A stretch of 64,000 bases of DNA from a virus: positions 1 to 64,000 of IMG/VR virus record IMGVR_UViG_3300032245_001520; one strand, written 5' to 3'. Of the stretch, positions 55,506 to 64,000 are shown one piece after another. The notes beneath the pieces were generated by a model that was not told the origin of the DNA, ran no database searches, and worked only from the letters and a program-made list of their open reading frames with translations. Made by a program: the position numbers and the translations under genes. Every line of letters starts with the position of its first letter. Position 1 is the first letter of the stretch.

Positions 55506-56213
55506 TACCCTGACTCGATTTTCTTTGCCGTGGGGAAGGCCACGTGATTTTTGTTTGAGGGTGAGACTCCCGGCGCTGAGTGCACCCAATTCAGGGTGAA
55601 GAGGGTCTTCCCACTTTTGGGCAGCCACTTGTTTTCCTCTTTCTCGGCGTTCTTCTGTTGGGATGCCGCAGATGCCAACTCCGAGCTCTTTAGATCGGGC
55701 CCCACCTTTCGCCGCTCCCTTTAGACCGCACCTGCGTTGATAATCGGGGTCTTCGGCTATTCTTTTAGCGATAGCAGCGCGACCCCCCCTAGCAAGTCCT
55801 TCCTTGGTTCTTTTTGCCGCGTTCTTTTTGTTTCGTTCGCTCAAATAAACGGGGTCGTCTGAGTACATGCCCTTTTTCTCAGCCATAAGTTTAGCAGTGC
55901 TCCTCCTTCCATTCTCCCTGGCAACCTTTAATGAGACGCCCGTTCCAGAACACCCCTCATTGAGACAACAAGGGTTGTTAAGATCGGGACGAATTAAACG
56001 GTCTTCTACCAAGTTAGCCTGTTTCCATCCTTCATCAGAGTAAGGGAAACACTCTAGCACTTGCTTTTCAGCGTCGTAAAAATCCCAGGCCCACTTGTTT
56101 GTGCTAGGGGATCCCCAGTACTTTTCGTCGAAGACCCTTTCCTTGTGGACACCCCAGTAGAAGTATGAGGTGCCCGGAAAGGTGATTTTGTAAGTGTAGA
56201 TGCGCGGTTTCAC
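55500..56213 (-). CDS. free-standing GIY-YIG-like homing endonuclease
   Basis: IYTYKITF...YWGVH...YWGS...E..LI...CLNE N-domain; basic C-terminus; AT-richer than flanks. Confidence 0.75.
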   Translation of the reverse strand: MKPRIYTYKITFPGTSYFYWGVHKERVFDEKYWGSPSTNKWAWDFYDAEKQVLECFPYSDEGWKQANLVEDRLIRPDLNNPCCLNEGCSGTGVSLKVARENGRRSTAKLMAEKKGMYSDDPVYLSERNKKNAAKRTKEGLARGGRAAIAKRIAEDPDYQRRCGLKGAAKGGARSKELGVGICGIPTEERRERGKQVAAQKWEDPLHPELGALSAGSLTLKQKSRGLPHGKENRVRVG

Positions 56214-56233
56214 AGTGTTGGTGCAACTGCAGT

Positions 56234-56243
56234 TGTTTTACCC
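56234..56243 (-). promoter_or_regulatory. GGGTAAAACA late promoter variant
   Basis: Upstream of GTG 56213. Confidence 0.6.
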
Positions 56244-56259
56244 TTCAGTAGGGGCCAGC

Positions 56260-59200
56260 CTAAAATCCACCGGCGTCGAAGCTGACAACCGTTTTTAGCT
56301 GACCCGTGCTCAGGTCAACCACAACTCCCAACTGATTCGCAGCAGTCACAGTCGAGGTTGTCTGCAGCGGAGTGGAGAACAGGTTTCCTGTCAGAGTTCC
56401 ACCAGACTTGGGCAGCGCCGCAGCAGCCAGATCGTAAGCAACCTTGACCGAGTTGGGTGTCGCAGCCGTTGTGGCAGAGGTTGAGGCAACGGAGTTGGTG
56501 AGTTGCAGCACACCGACTTCGGAGGTTGATCCCGTCGAGACACTGACGATAACGTTCGCCGGGTCTGTGGAGTTCACAGTGACAGGAGCGACGCCAGCCA
56601 CTGTGTCAACGGTTCCCCCACCGCCACCGCCACCTGCGGTCCAAGTGAGCGGTGAGCCAGGACCGTTGGAGGTTAGGACCTGACCGGCAGCACCGACGCC
56701 TGAGGGCAGAGTGATCGGACCGGCAAGAGACAGTGAGCTGACTGTGCTCAGCAGGTCGATAGAACCGAAGCGAGCCGGTGTATCAATCAGAGCGCCTTCC
56801 AGCAGCGAGTTAGCCTTGTCGAACGTGGAGTCGTCAAGAATGAAACTACCATTGAGGTTGAGGCGAGCAGCAGCGCCGGAGGGAGTGTAGAACTGGCTAT
56901 TGCGCAGGAACGCAGTGGTTCCGAGAGCACTCGTAACGGCAGCGTTAGTCTCGCCAGTGGCAAACACGTTGCTCGTGTCGATAACAGTTGTCCCCAGGGT
57001 GAGAGTGACAGCACCGACGACAGGGCAACCGCTGGCAGAGAAGACACCAGCAGCGTTGTTGATAGTAACAGGACCGATGCGACTATCGTCAACGTTGAAA
57101 TAACCTGCACCCGTGATGTTCAGGGAGGACAGATTGGCCTCGACATCGAAGAACTGAGAGTAGCCATTGCCTGACTTGGTAAAGACGACGCCAGTATTGA
57201 GTGTGCACTCGTCAAGGTAAACTCCGCCAGCACCGCTGTGAGTGATGTTGCCAAAGAACAGAACACCCGAGACGCGAACGCTGGAGGAGGCACCCGTGAA
57301 GGCGACTGTGCCGTTGATGGTGGCACCGGAGCGGTTGGCACCCACGATGTCCAGGTTGAGGTCCGTAGCACCGATGGTCAGGTTCTCGGTGTAGGTGCCC
57401 TGGTGAAGCACAATGCGCTCGCCAGTGTTGCCAGCGGCGGTGAGAGCACGACCGATGGTCAGGAACGGTTGCTCTTCCGAACCAGTGCCGTTGGTGTCGT
57501 CACCGCCCACCGGGTCAACGTTCCACTCTTTGCTGTACTTGTGGAAGTTGGCACCGGAAGTGCGAGTGTAGCTAATGGGGTCGGTGCCGATAGTGTTGAC
57601 GGTGGTGTACTGGGCGTAGGAAGTGCCACCATTGGTCGTTCCGTTGGAGACGAAGTACAGTGCGCCGTTGGGCAACTCGGCCGTAGAGTCAGCGTTGCTC
57701 GCACGGGTCAGCAGGGTTGTAGTCGTCCAGACGTAGACGCCGTTCTGGAAAGCGGAGGCCTGGTTCTTAACTAGAACTCGGTCGGTAGCACCAGTGCGAG
57801 CAACACCGTCGATGGTTGCCAGAGCAGTCCCAAGTGTCAGTGTGGCGCCGACGCCAGCAGTGCCGTTGTTGTAAGTGACGACCCCTGGAATGGCGACTGT
57901 GGTGGCGACTCGGACAGCGTCCTGAGGGCGAAGACCGCCAGAGATCTGGTCGACGTAGAACTTCGAGGTCGGCGACTCGGGGGACGAGGGGATAGGGTTG
58001 CTGCCGTTGAGGAAGATCTCGCCGGAGAAGGTGCCACCCGAGATGGGCATCGCAGCAGCAGCCAGGTCGTAGGCAGCCTTGACAGCGGTGTCGGTGGCGG
58101 CGACTGTGGAAGTCGCAGTGTTGGTGGCGTCGGAGAGTTGAACCGACCCTTTGACCAGCAGGGTACCGTCCTTGGTGTTGACGACGTTGTATCCACTAGG
58201 TTCACCTTCCAGCCAGTAGTAGGAGATGCCAGTGTCGAGAGCGACGTAAAGCGTCTCAGGAACACCTAGCGCAGGGAAGGAACCGAAGTTGGCAAACTGG
58301 GCCACCCCACCAGCGGGGGCGTCACCCGGAGTGATCCACTCGAGAGCGGAACCAGTGGAACTGAGGACTTGACCCGCAGCACCGACGGTGCCCAGTCCGT
58401 CCAGAATGCCCGCACCCGGTTTGATATTCATCGCGCTGTCGCCCGTCAGCCAGGAAGCTGTGGAGTTAGGGGCGATGACGAGTTGACAGTTGGCAGTGGC
58501 GTCTGTAACAGCAGCACCGAAACCTACGGCCACGTTGTAGTTGCCGCTGGTGGCGTTGCCAGAGCAGGCACCCAGAGCGACGTTGCCGATGCCAGTGGTC
58601 AGAGCGTTGTTGGCGCTGAAACCGACGCCGGTATTAGGGTTCTCGCCATCCTCTGTGCTAGCGAAGACGACCCCCAGAGCAGTCGGAGTGGCAGTGTTGA
58701 CGCCAACAATAGGATCAGCGGGGTTCTCGTTGTCAATCGTGATGGGCAGAGTGCCGGAAACGGACTGAACTCCGTCAGCAGCGTTCGTGATCCACTCAAT
58801 GGCAGTGCCAGTGGAACTCAGGACTTGACCCGCAGTACCGAGGTTGCCGGCTGTGTCGCGAAGACCAGCACCGGGTTGGATGTGCTTGCTAGAGTCGCCC
58901 GTCAACCAGTTCTGACCGACGGCAAACGACAGTGCCATTTGGCAGTCGCCGTCTCCGACAGTGGCCTCGTATCCGAGCAGCAAGTTGCGGGAGCCGGTCT
59001 GGAGATCTTCACCAGCGTGAGCGCCAATAGCTGTGTTTCCACTGCCATTCACATCAAGAAGAGCATTGCCACCGATGGCAACGTTATCGCTTGACGCACC
59101 CGCCGCGAAAGCCATGGCGAAACTGCCGATGGCCAGGTTAGAGTTGCCAGTGGTGAGGGAGCAAGCAGTGCCATCACCGATGGCGACGTTCCTGCACCCC

Positions 59201-62100
59201 GTCGTGATAGCAGCGAGAGGAGCACAACCGATGGCAACGTTGTCTGCGCCGGTCAGTGTCGCAAACATCCCTGTTCCCAGGGCGACGTTGTTCTTGACTG
59301 TCTCTGTGCAACCTAGGACGAGACCGGCGACAGAGGGGGTAGCATTGGGGGCACTGTAAGGTGTGACCCATTGAAGACCAGTAGCACAAGCACTGTTGGC
59401 ACTGAGCACTTGGTTGTTGGTGCCGATCGAAAGAGCAGAGTAGGCAGAGGCACCCGTGGCAGCGAGGAGATCACCTTTGGTTGCGTAGGCACTCTTGGGG
59501 ACCGCATCGCCAGCGAGAGTGTTTGCGTCATCTGCCAGGTCGTAGGCACTCTTAACGGCGGTGGAACTGGCTGCAGTGACCGAGGAAGTTGTGGAAACGC
59601 TGTCGCTGATGCCCTCAATCGTGCCACCCTCACCATTGTTGAATGTGACCGACTCGCCTGTTGCGATGTTGACAGTCAGTGCATTTAGCTGCCCTGCCAT
59701 CGTTCCACCGGCAAGTGCCAGGTAGGCAGCGGAAAGGGTGGCGGGAGTGACTGCCTTGGTGGCGTCGGTGCCAGCATCCACTTCGCCTTGAGTAGCGAGT
59801 TGAATGACACCGGGGAAGGTTGTGGAGGCGTAGCCTGGCTGATAACCAACGTCCAGGAATTGCCAAACAGCACCATCGGAGAGGAACCAGTCACCGACGT
59901 GGGTCAGCGTAGGTGTGCCACCCGTGGGGGTCATGGTGCCGTTGACAGTCACGATGACGAAGAACTCGGCGTTGCCAGCGGCAGCGGCAGGGAGGGCAGC
60001 GCCAGGGACGAACGGGGGGACGAGCGCGGCACCGGCACCGGTGACCGTGACCAGCAACCCTGTGGAACCATCAATGGTGCCTGCCAGGGTCAGGTTGCTG
60101 GTAATGACCAGGTTGTCGATCTGATCCTGCAGCGCTTTACCTTGAGCAGCGGTCAGTGCCTCAGTCGTCGAGGTCGAAGTTACGGTGTTGACGAGTTGAA
60201 CGACACCCGATTGCGAGGTCGAGGACGATTTGACACTGATGGTGCCAGAGGACACATCGATGTTGGTGCCCACTTGCACAACACCTTTGGCAGATGTGGT
60301 GGCATCTTGAATACCTGCGACGGGGAAGGTCTGACTCGCGTTGAAAGCGATATCGCCAGACATCGTACCACCTGCCTTGGGCAGGGCAGCATTTGCCAGG
60401 TCGTAGGCAGTCTTGACTGCGTTGGCAGTCGCTGCTTGAGCAGTGCTCGTGGAGTTGGTCGTGTCGTTGAGTTGAACAACACCCTTAGCGCCAGTCGTGG
60501 CGTCGGCGACGCTGATGACACCGTTCTCGACGTCGATGTTCGTTCCAACCTGAACGACACCTTTCTGAGCATCTGTCGCGTCCTGAATGCCAGCGACGGG
60601 GAATGTCTGACCGGAGTTGAATACGATGTCGCCGGTCATCGTGCCGCCTGCTTTCGGCAGAGCGTTATCAGCGGTGGTCTGAGCAGCACCAGCAGCGTCG
60701 TATGCCGACTTGACTGCACTCGGAGTGGCGGCGAGCGCGTCGGAGGTAGAGTCAGTGGCGTTGCTCAGACGGACCACGCCTTTCTGCAACAGGGTGCCGT
60801 CCTGAATATCGCCAACGGGAAGCGTCTGGTCTTCCGCGAAGGTGATGACCCCAGTCATCGTACCACCAGAGAGGGGCAGAGCGGCGTTGGCCAGGTCGTA
60901 AGCAGTCTTGACGGAACTGGGAGTCGCTGCTTTGGTTGTGTCCGTACTGGTGACGGACGTCTCAAGGACGACGATGCCAGCAGTGGTGGTAGTCGCAGTG
61001 GGTTGCGTGCCGGCGAAGACGATGTCGCCGGTCATCGTGCCACCTGCCTTGGGTAGAGCAGCGTCGGCGGTTGCCTGGGCAGCGGCAGCGTCAGCCAGCG
61101 CCTGGGTGGCGTCGCCCTGGGCAGCGGCAGCGTCAGCCAGCGCCTGGGTGGCATCGCCCTGAGCAGTGTTGGCAGTTTCTTGTGCCTGAGTGGCGTCGAG
61201 AGCGGCAGAGTTGGCAGTGTTCTGAGCGGCCAATGCGTCGGCGAGTGCCTGAGTGGCATCGGTGCCAGCGGTGACTGCAACGTCGTAGGCAGACTTAACT
61301 GCGCTTGCTGTGGCAGCGAGAGTCGTGCTGGTGGAGTTGGTCGCGGCGCTCAGTTGGACAGCGCCCGCGACTGAGGTGGAAGCAGCGTTGATTCCGACGA
61401 CCGGGTTAACAGGGTCGGTGTTGTTGACAGTGATGGGCGAGGTGCCAGACACGCTGTCTACGGAACCACCCCCGCCACCACCACCTGTGACCCAGGCAGT
61501 CGCGCCAGTGCCAGGGTCGGTCAGTGCCAGGACCTGGTTGATGGTGCCAGCGACGAGCGGAGAGGAGACTTTGGTGCCTGCAAACTGGTAAGTAATCTTG
61601 ACTGCGTTGGCTGTGGCAGCGACGAGAGCAGAGTTGTCGGTGGTTGAGTCGCTGAGGCGCAAAACACCAGACTGAGTGGTGCTGCCAGTGCGGACAGAGA
61701 CAACAGGATTGGCAGGATCGGTGTTGTTGACAGTGATGGCATTGCCAACGGGGGCAGTGACGCTGTCTACGGACCCACCGCCACCGCCACCGCCGCTACC
61801 CCACACGAGGCGATTTTGAGCGGCATTCCAGGTCGGGACCTGACCGTTAGTCGGGGATCCGCCGTAGTAATTGGGTGAGATGAGGAAGGGGTTGTTGCTG
61901 GCAGCGGTGAGGGGGAACGAGAACCACCCTTGACCAGCGACGCCGGGGTTGGAGGTGCCGGTGAAGTCTGTCTTGAAGTTGCTGCCGTTGCCGATGTAAA
62001 TGATCTTGTCTGCCATGTTATAGCAGACTTGCCCCGGTTGGAGAGCGAGAGGTTGCTCACCGGGGGTGAAAGAGCGTAGATTTAGGACTTGTACGGACAT
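56260..62100 (-). CDS. giant tail fibre protein (1946 aa)
   Basis: Many AT...G.VQL...S...AAT..AVK.AYD.A..ALP..GGTM.G repeats, N.A.G..A repeats, DRVLVKNQ..A..NGVY and GDD..G.GS...PF.TI.RAL motifs; ends FDAGGF. Confidence 0.85.
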   Translation of the reverse strand: MSVQVLNLRSFTPGEQPLALQPGQVCYNMADKIIYIGNGSNFKTDFTGTSNPGVAGQGWFSFPLTAASNNPFLISPNYYGGSPTNGQVPTWNAAQNRLVWGSGGGGGGGSVDSVTAPVGNAITVNNTDPANPVVSVRTGSTTQSGVLRLSDSTTDNSALVAATANAVKITYQFAGTKVSSPLVAGTINQVLALTDPGTGATAWVTGGGGGGGSVDSVSGTSPITVNNTDPVNPVVGINAASTSVAGAVQLSAATNSTSTTLAATASAVKSAYDVAVTAGTDATQALADALAAQNTANSAALDATQAQETANTAQGDATQALADAAAAQGDATQALADAAAAQATADAALPKAGGTMTGDIVFAGTQPTATTTTAGIVVLETSVTSTDTTKAATPSSVKTAYDLANAALPLSGGTMTGVITFAEDQTLPVGDIQDGTLLQKGVVRLSNATDSTSDALAATPSAVKSAYDAAGAAQTTADNALPKAGGTMTGDIVFNSGQTFPVAGIQDATDAQKGVVQVGTNIDVENGVISVADATTGAKGVVQLNDTTNSTSTAQAATANAVKTAYDLANAALPKAGGTMSGDIAFNASQTFPVAGIQDATTSAKGVVQVGTNIDVSSGTISVKSSSTSQSGVVQLVNTVTSTSTTEALTAAQGKALQDQIDNLVITSNLTLAGTIDGSTGLLVTVTGAGAALVPPFVPGAALPAAAAGNAEFFVIVTVNGTMTPTGGTPTLTHVGDWFLSDGAVWQFLDVGYQPGYASTTFPGVIQLATQGEVDAGTDATKAVTPATLSAAYLALAGGTMAGQLNALTVNIATGESVTFNNGEGGTIEGISDSVSTTSSVTAASSTAVKSAYDLADDANTLAGDAVPKSAYATKGDLLAATGASAYSALSIGTNNQVLSANSACATGLQWVTPYSAPNATPSVAGLVLGCTETVKNNVALGTGMFATLTGADNVAIGCAPLAAITTGCRNVAIGDGTACSLTTGNSNLAIGSFAMAFAAGASSDNVAIGGNALLDVNGSGNTAIGAHAGEDLQTGSRNLLLGYEATVGDGDCQMALSFAVGQNWLTGDSSKHIQPGAGLRDTAGNLGTAGQVLSSTGTAIEWITNAADGVQSVSGTLPITIDNENPADPIVGVNTATPTALGVVFASTEDGENPNTGVGFSANNALTTGIGNVALGACSGNATSGNYNVAVGFGAAVTDATANCQLVIAPNSTASWLTGDSAMNIKPGAGILDGLGTVGAAGQVLSSTGSALEWITPGDAPAGGVAQFANFGSFPALGVPETLYVALDTGISYYWLEGEPSGYNVVNTKDGTLLVKGSVQLSDATNTATSTVAATDTAVKAAYDLAAAAMPISGGTFSGEIFLNGSNPIPSSPESPTSKFYVDQISGGLRPQDAVRVATTVAIPGVVTYNNGTAGVGATLTLGTALATIDGVARTGATDRVLVKNQASAFQNGVYVWTTTTLLTRASNADSTAELPNGALYFVSNGTTNGGTSYAQYTTVNTIGTDPISYTRTSGANFHKYSKEWNVDPVGGDDTNGTGSEEQPFLTIGRALTAAGNTGERIVLHQGTYTENLTIGATDLNLDIVGANRSGATINGTVAFTGASSSVRVSGVLFFGNITHSGAGGVYLDECTLNTGVVFTKSGNGYSQFFDVEANLSSLNITGAGYFNVDDSRIGPVTINNAAGVFSASGCPVVGAVTLTLGTTVIDTSNVFATGETNAAVTSALGTTAFLRNSQFYTPSGAAARLNLNGSFILDDSTFDKANSLLEGALIDTPARFGSIDLLSTVSSLSLAGPITLPSGVGAAGQVLTSNGPGSPLTWTAGGGGGGGTVDTVAGVAPVTVNSTDPANVIVSVSTGSTSEVGVLQLTNSVASTSATTAATPNSVKVAYDLAAAALPKSGGTLTGNLFSTPLQTTSTVTAANQLGVVVDLSTGQLKTVVSFDAGGF
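61074..61161. repeat. 42-bp in-frame tandem duplication (GDATQALADAAAAQ x2)
   Basis: Two adjacent 42-bp units with a single mismatch. Confidence 0.85.
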
Positions 62101-62110
62101 GGTGAGAACT

Positions 62111-62584
62111 TCAGGAAAGGGTACCGCAATCGATGAGAGAGATTTCAGAAGCGTCGTTTATTGTTACTCCTGCGCCGGAGCGGACGTAACCGTTGTCTTT
62201 CAGGTACGCCGTAACGGTACCGTTTACCCACCCGACAGTGACGAACGCTGCCGGATTGTTCGGAACTTCTGCTTGAAGGTAAATCGGTCCTTCAAACACC
62301 CCGCCATTTTGGTCGATGCTGTCGGTGGGATAGGGGACAACTGCCACCCACTGTGAACTGTTTAAGTCTTTGTAGTAGATGTTTAGGTTACTCGTGACTG
62401 TAGAGTACCACAGAGAACCATTGATCGGGTTTGCCGGAGGGGACGCCGACACGAACACAGGTGCGGAAGTGGGGGTCGTAACCTGGGTAGCAACCCATGA
62501 TGTTCCATTCCACTTGAAAGTTCTGCCTGTGTTAGAATATACCTGCCCTAGAGCAGGATTTGGAGGAAACGTCAGTGCTGCCAT
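62111..62584 (-). CDS. small virion protein
   Basis: MAALTFPPNP..GQ.Y...WNGTSW and GSLWY...L.IYY motifs; ends IDCGTLS. Confidence 0.75.
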   Translation of the reverse strand: MAALTFPPNPALGQVYSNTGRTFKWNGTSWVATQVTTPTSAPVFVSASPPANPINGSLWYSTVTSNLNIYYKDLNSSQWVAVVPYPTDSIDQNGGVFEGPIYLQAEVPNNPAAFVTVGWVNGTVTAYLKDNGYVRSGAGVTINDASEISLIDCGTLS

Positions 62585-62607
62585 TCGCCCTGGAGACTTC
62601 TTTGAGA

Positions 62608-62617
62608 GGTTTTACCC
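62608..62617 (-). promoter_or_regulatory. GGGTAAAACC putative late promoter
   Basis: Upstream of ATG 62584. Confidence 0.7.
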
Positions 62618-62644
62618 TTTCTTGTTGCGACCCTGCGGTAAACC

Positions 62645-63724
62645 TCAGGGGAAGGTATTTTCTTGACCCCAGTTGATGCCACCCGCGTCTGTCGGGTATG
62701 TGATTAACGGGGTTCCTCCCGTCAAATCCTGAGCATTTGCAGTGGTTAACCAGTTCGGGAACGTGTTATTTTGACCTACCGAACCGAATCCTGCCCTGTA
62801 GTCGGGTGTCAGATCCCCCGCAGTGTCGGTTGAAAAACCTGAAAAACCCTTACCACTCACACTATTGTAACGTTGCGGTGTCCGCCACGAACGCATGATA
62901 CCTTCGGGAGTGTCAATCGCTGAGATGCCTGCCCCTGCTCGCGCAGCAGTCATCTTCATCTCTGCGTCGAGAGTCTTGAGCGCTACTTCGTAGTCCTTGT
63001 AGACGTCATCGCGACGACGCACCGTGTCGAGGTAGTACCGAGCGATGATCATCGCAGTGCGACGACGACTGCTGGTGATTAAAAGTTTCCCAGATTTACC
63101 TGACTGCTCAATATAGCTGTCAATTAGCGCATTCGCGTCCTCAATCGCCAGTCGCAGTTTTGCCACGTTGACGGTCGTCGCCGATGCATCATCAATGTTC
63201 GTGAGTTGGACCGCTTCCTTAAGACCGTACGCCATGATAAAGTCGTCCGGCGAGGCACTGCGAGGGTCAGACTTGCCGGGGGTGGCGACACCCGACCGGT
63301 TGTAATAGGGGTACCCCACCCCGGATACGGTCGCCCCGAGGTTAGAGTTGGCACGGGTGTTGTCGGTCTTCTCGTCAGGCGCTAGTTGATTGCGACCAGG
63401 GATTCTATAAAATGCCCTGACAGCATTGCGCTTGCGAACGACGTCGTTGGCAGTCGGCGGAACCGGACCCCGGAGGCACTGTTTCAGATCGAGTGGCGGT
63501 TCGTAGGACACGAAAATCTCGTCCCACGGCGACAGAAACGTTTCCAAACCGAGAGTCAGCATCGTGTCCGATGAGTACACCATCGTCGACACAGTGTGCT
63601 GACCATAGCACACAGTGAAACTCGACAGGGGCACCACGACTGTTGTGTCGAGGGGTGCGTCGAACCAGAGTATGACTGTGCCAGGGGTTGGCACTGTGAC
63701 TTCTTTGATACCAGGGATTGCCAT
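62645..63724 (-). CDS. Mu gp36/DUF1320-like head-tail connector with N-terminal Ig-like (SwmB-like) domain
   Basis: QLTN.DD...AIEDANALIDSYI...IARYYL...YE.AL..L; N-domain V.L.FD.PL...FTV...LTL.L...I.VSY. Confidence 0.65.
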   Translation of the reverse strand: MAIPGIKEVTVPTPGTVILWFDAPLDTTVVVPLSSFTVCYGQHTVSTMVYSSDTMLTLGLETFLSPWDEIFVSYEPPLDLKQCLRGPVPPTANDVVRKRNAVRAFYRIPGRNQLAPDEKTDNTRANSNLGATVSGVGYPYYNRSGVATPGKSDPRSASPDDFIMAYGLKEAVQLTNIDDASATTVNVAKLRLAIEDANALIDSYIEQSGKSGKLLITSSRRRTAMIIARYYLDTVRRRDDVYKDYEVALKTLDAEMKMTAARAGAGISAIDTPEGIMRSWRTPQRYNSVSGKGFSGFSTDTAGDLTPDYRAGFGSVGQNNTFPNWLTTANAQDLTGGTPLITYPTDAGGINWGQENTFP

Positions 63725-63728
63725 AACT

Positions 63729-64000
63729 TCAGGTGTACAGATAGTCGACTGGGGAGTTGGTTAGCGGAACGAATCTCTCCGAGACCCAGAATGCGTAGGC
63801 GCTCTTGTCTACTCGAAATGTGTATCCCTTCCGCACACTGTACAGGCACTGGGTGATATAGTTGGACGCCACTCTCAGAGGCATCTCATCTCGCCAGTTT
63901 ACAGACCAGTCATCAATCGTGATCAAGTTGCCCACGATGGTGTAGTCAATCTGCCCCACAATATGTCCCCCTCGCTGCTCAAAGTTGGCGTAAGGCGGAT
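63729..64000 (-). CDS. hypothetical protein, C-terminal part (open at window end)
   Basis: Frame stays open from the window edge: PPYANFEQRGGHIVGQIDY...AYAFWVSERFVP. Confidence 0.6.
   Translation of the reverse strand, partial: PPYANFEQRGGHIVGQIDYTIVGNLITIDDWSVNWRDEMPLRVASNYITQCLYSVRKGYTFRVDKSAYAFWVSERFVPLTNSPVDYLYT

Noticed and set aside
1-64000. tRNA/rRNA genes, introns, inteins and alternative genetic code
   Set aside because: Intergenic gaps are short with no cloverleaf seen; terL, thyX and phoH are uninterrupted; genes end normally at TAA, TAG and TGA

Overview
A 64 kb segment of a large tailed dsDNA phage (Caudoviricetes); no host genes are evident. All genes but one are on the minus strand. 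The left end (1-3.5 kb) is a DNA-metabolism module: a 5'-3' exonuclease/RNase H-like gene, thyX and a DEDDh exonuclease, with sigma70-like promoters. The rest is a late region: more than 20 fibre/adhesin-like genes built from a small shared set of modules, a GT9-like glycosyltransferase, small acidic putative head-associated proteins, a protein kinase, an HNH protein, PhoH, terminase, Mu gp36-like and possibly gp37-like head-tail proteins, and two GIY-YIG homing endonucleases. Main observations: (1) seven tandem, diverged ~390-420 aa paralogues share an N-terminal 'KRSS...GELALN' module that six other genes also carry; (2) a kinase, an HNH nuclease and a third protein share an N-terminal Cys motif, suggesting polymorphic virion-packaged effectors; (3) a GGGTAAAACC motif occurs 22 times just upstream of late genes; (4) a GATC/palindrome-rich element occurs at three sites, each directly 5' of that motif. 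A picocyanobacterial host is inferred, not shown. All family assignments come from recognising motifs by eye; no database searches were run.
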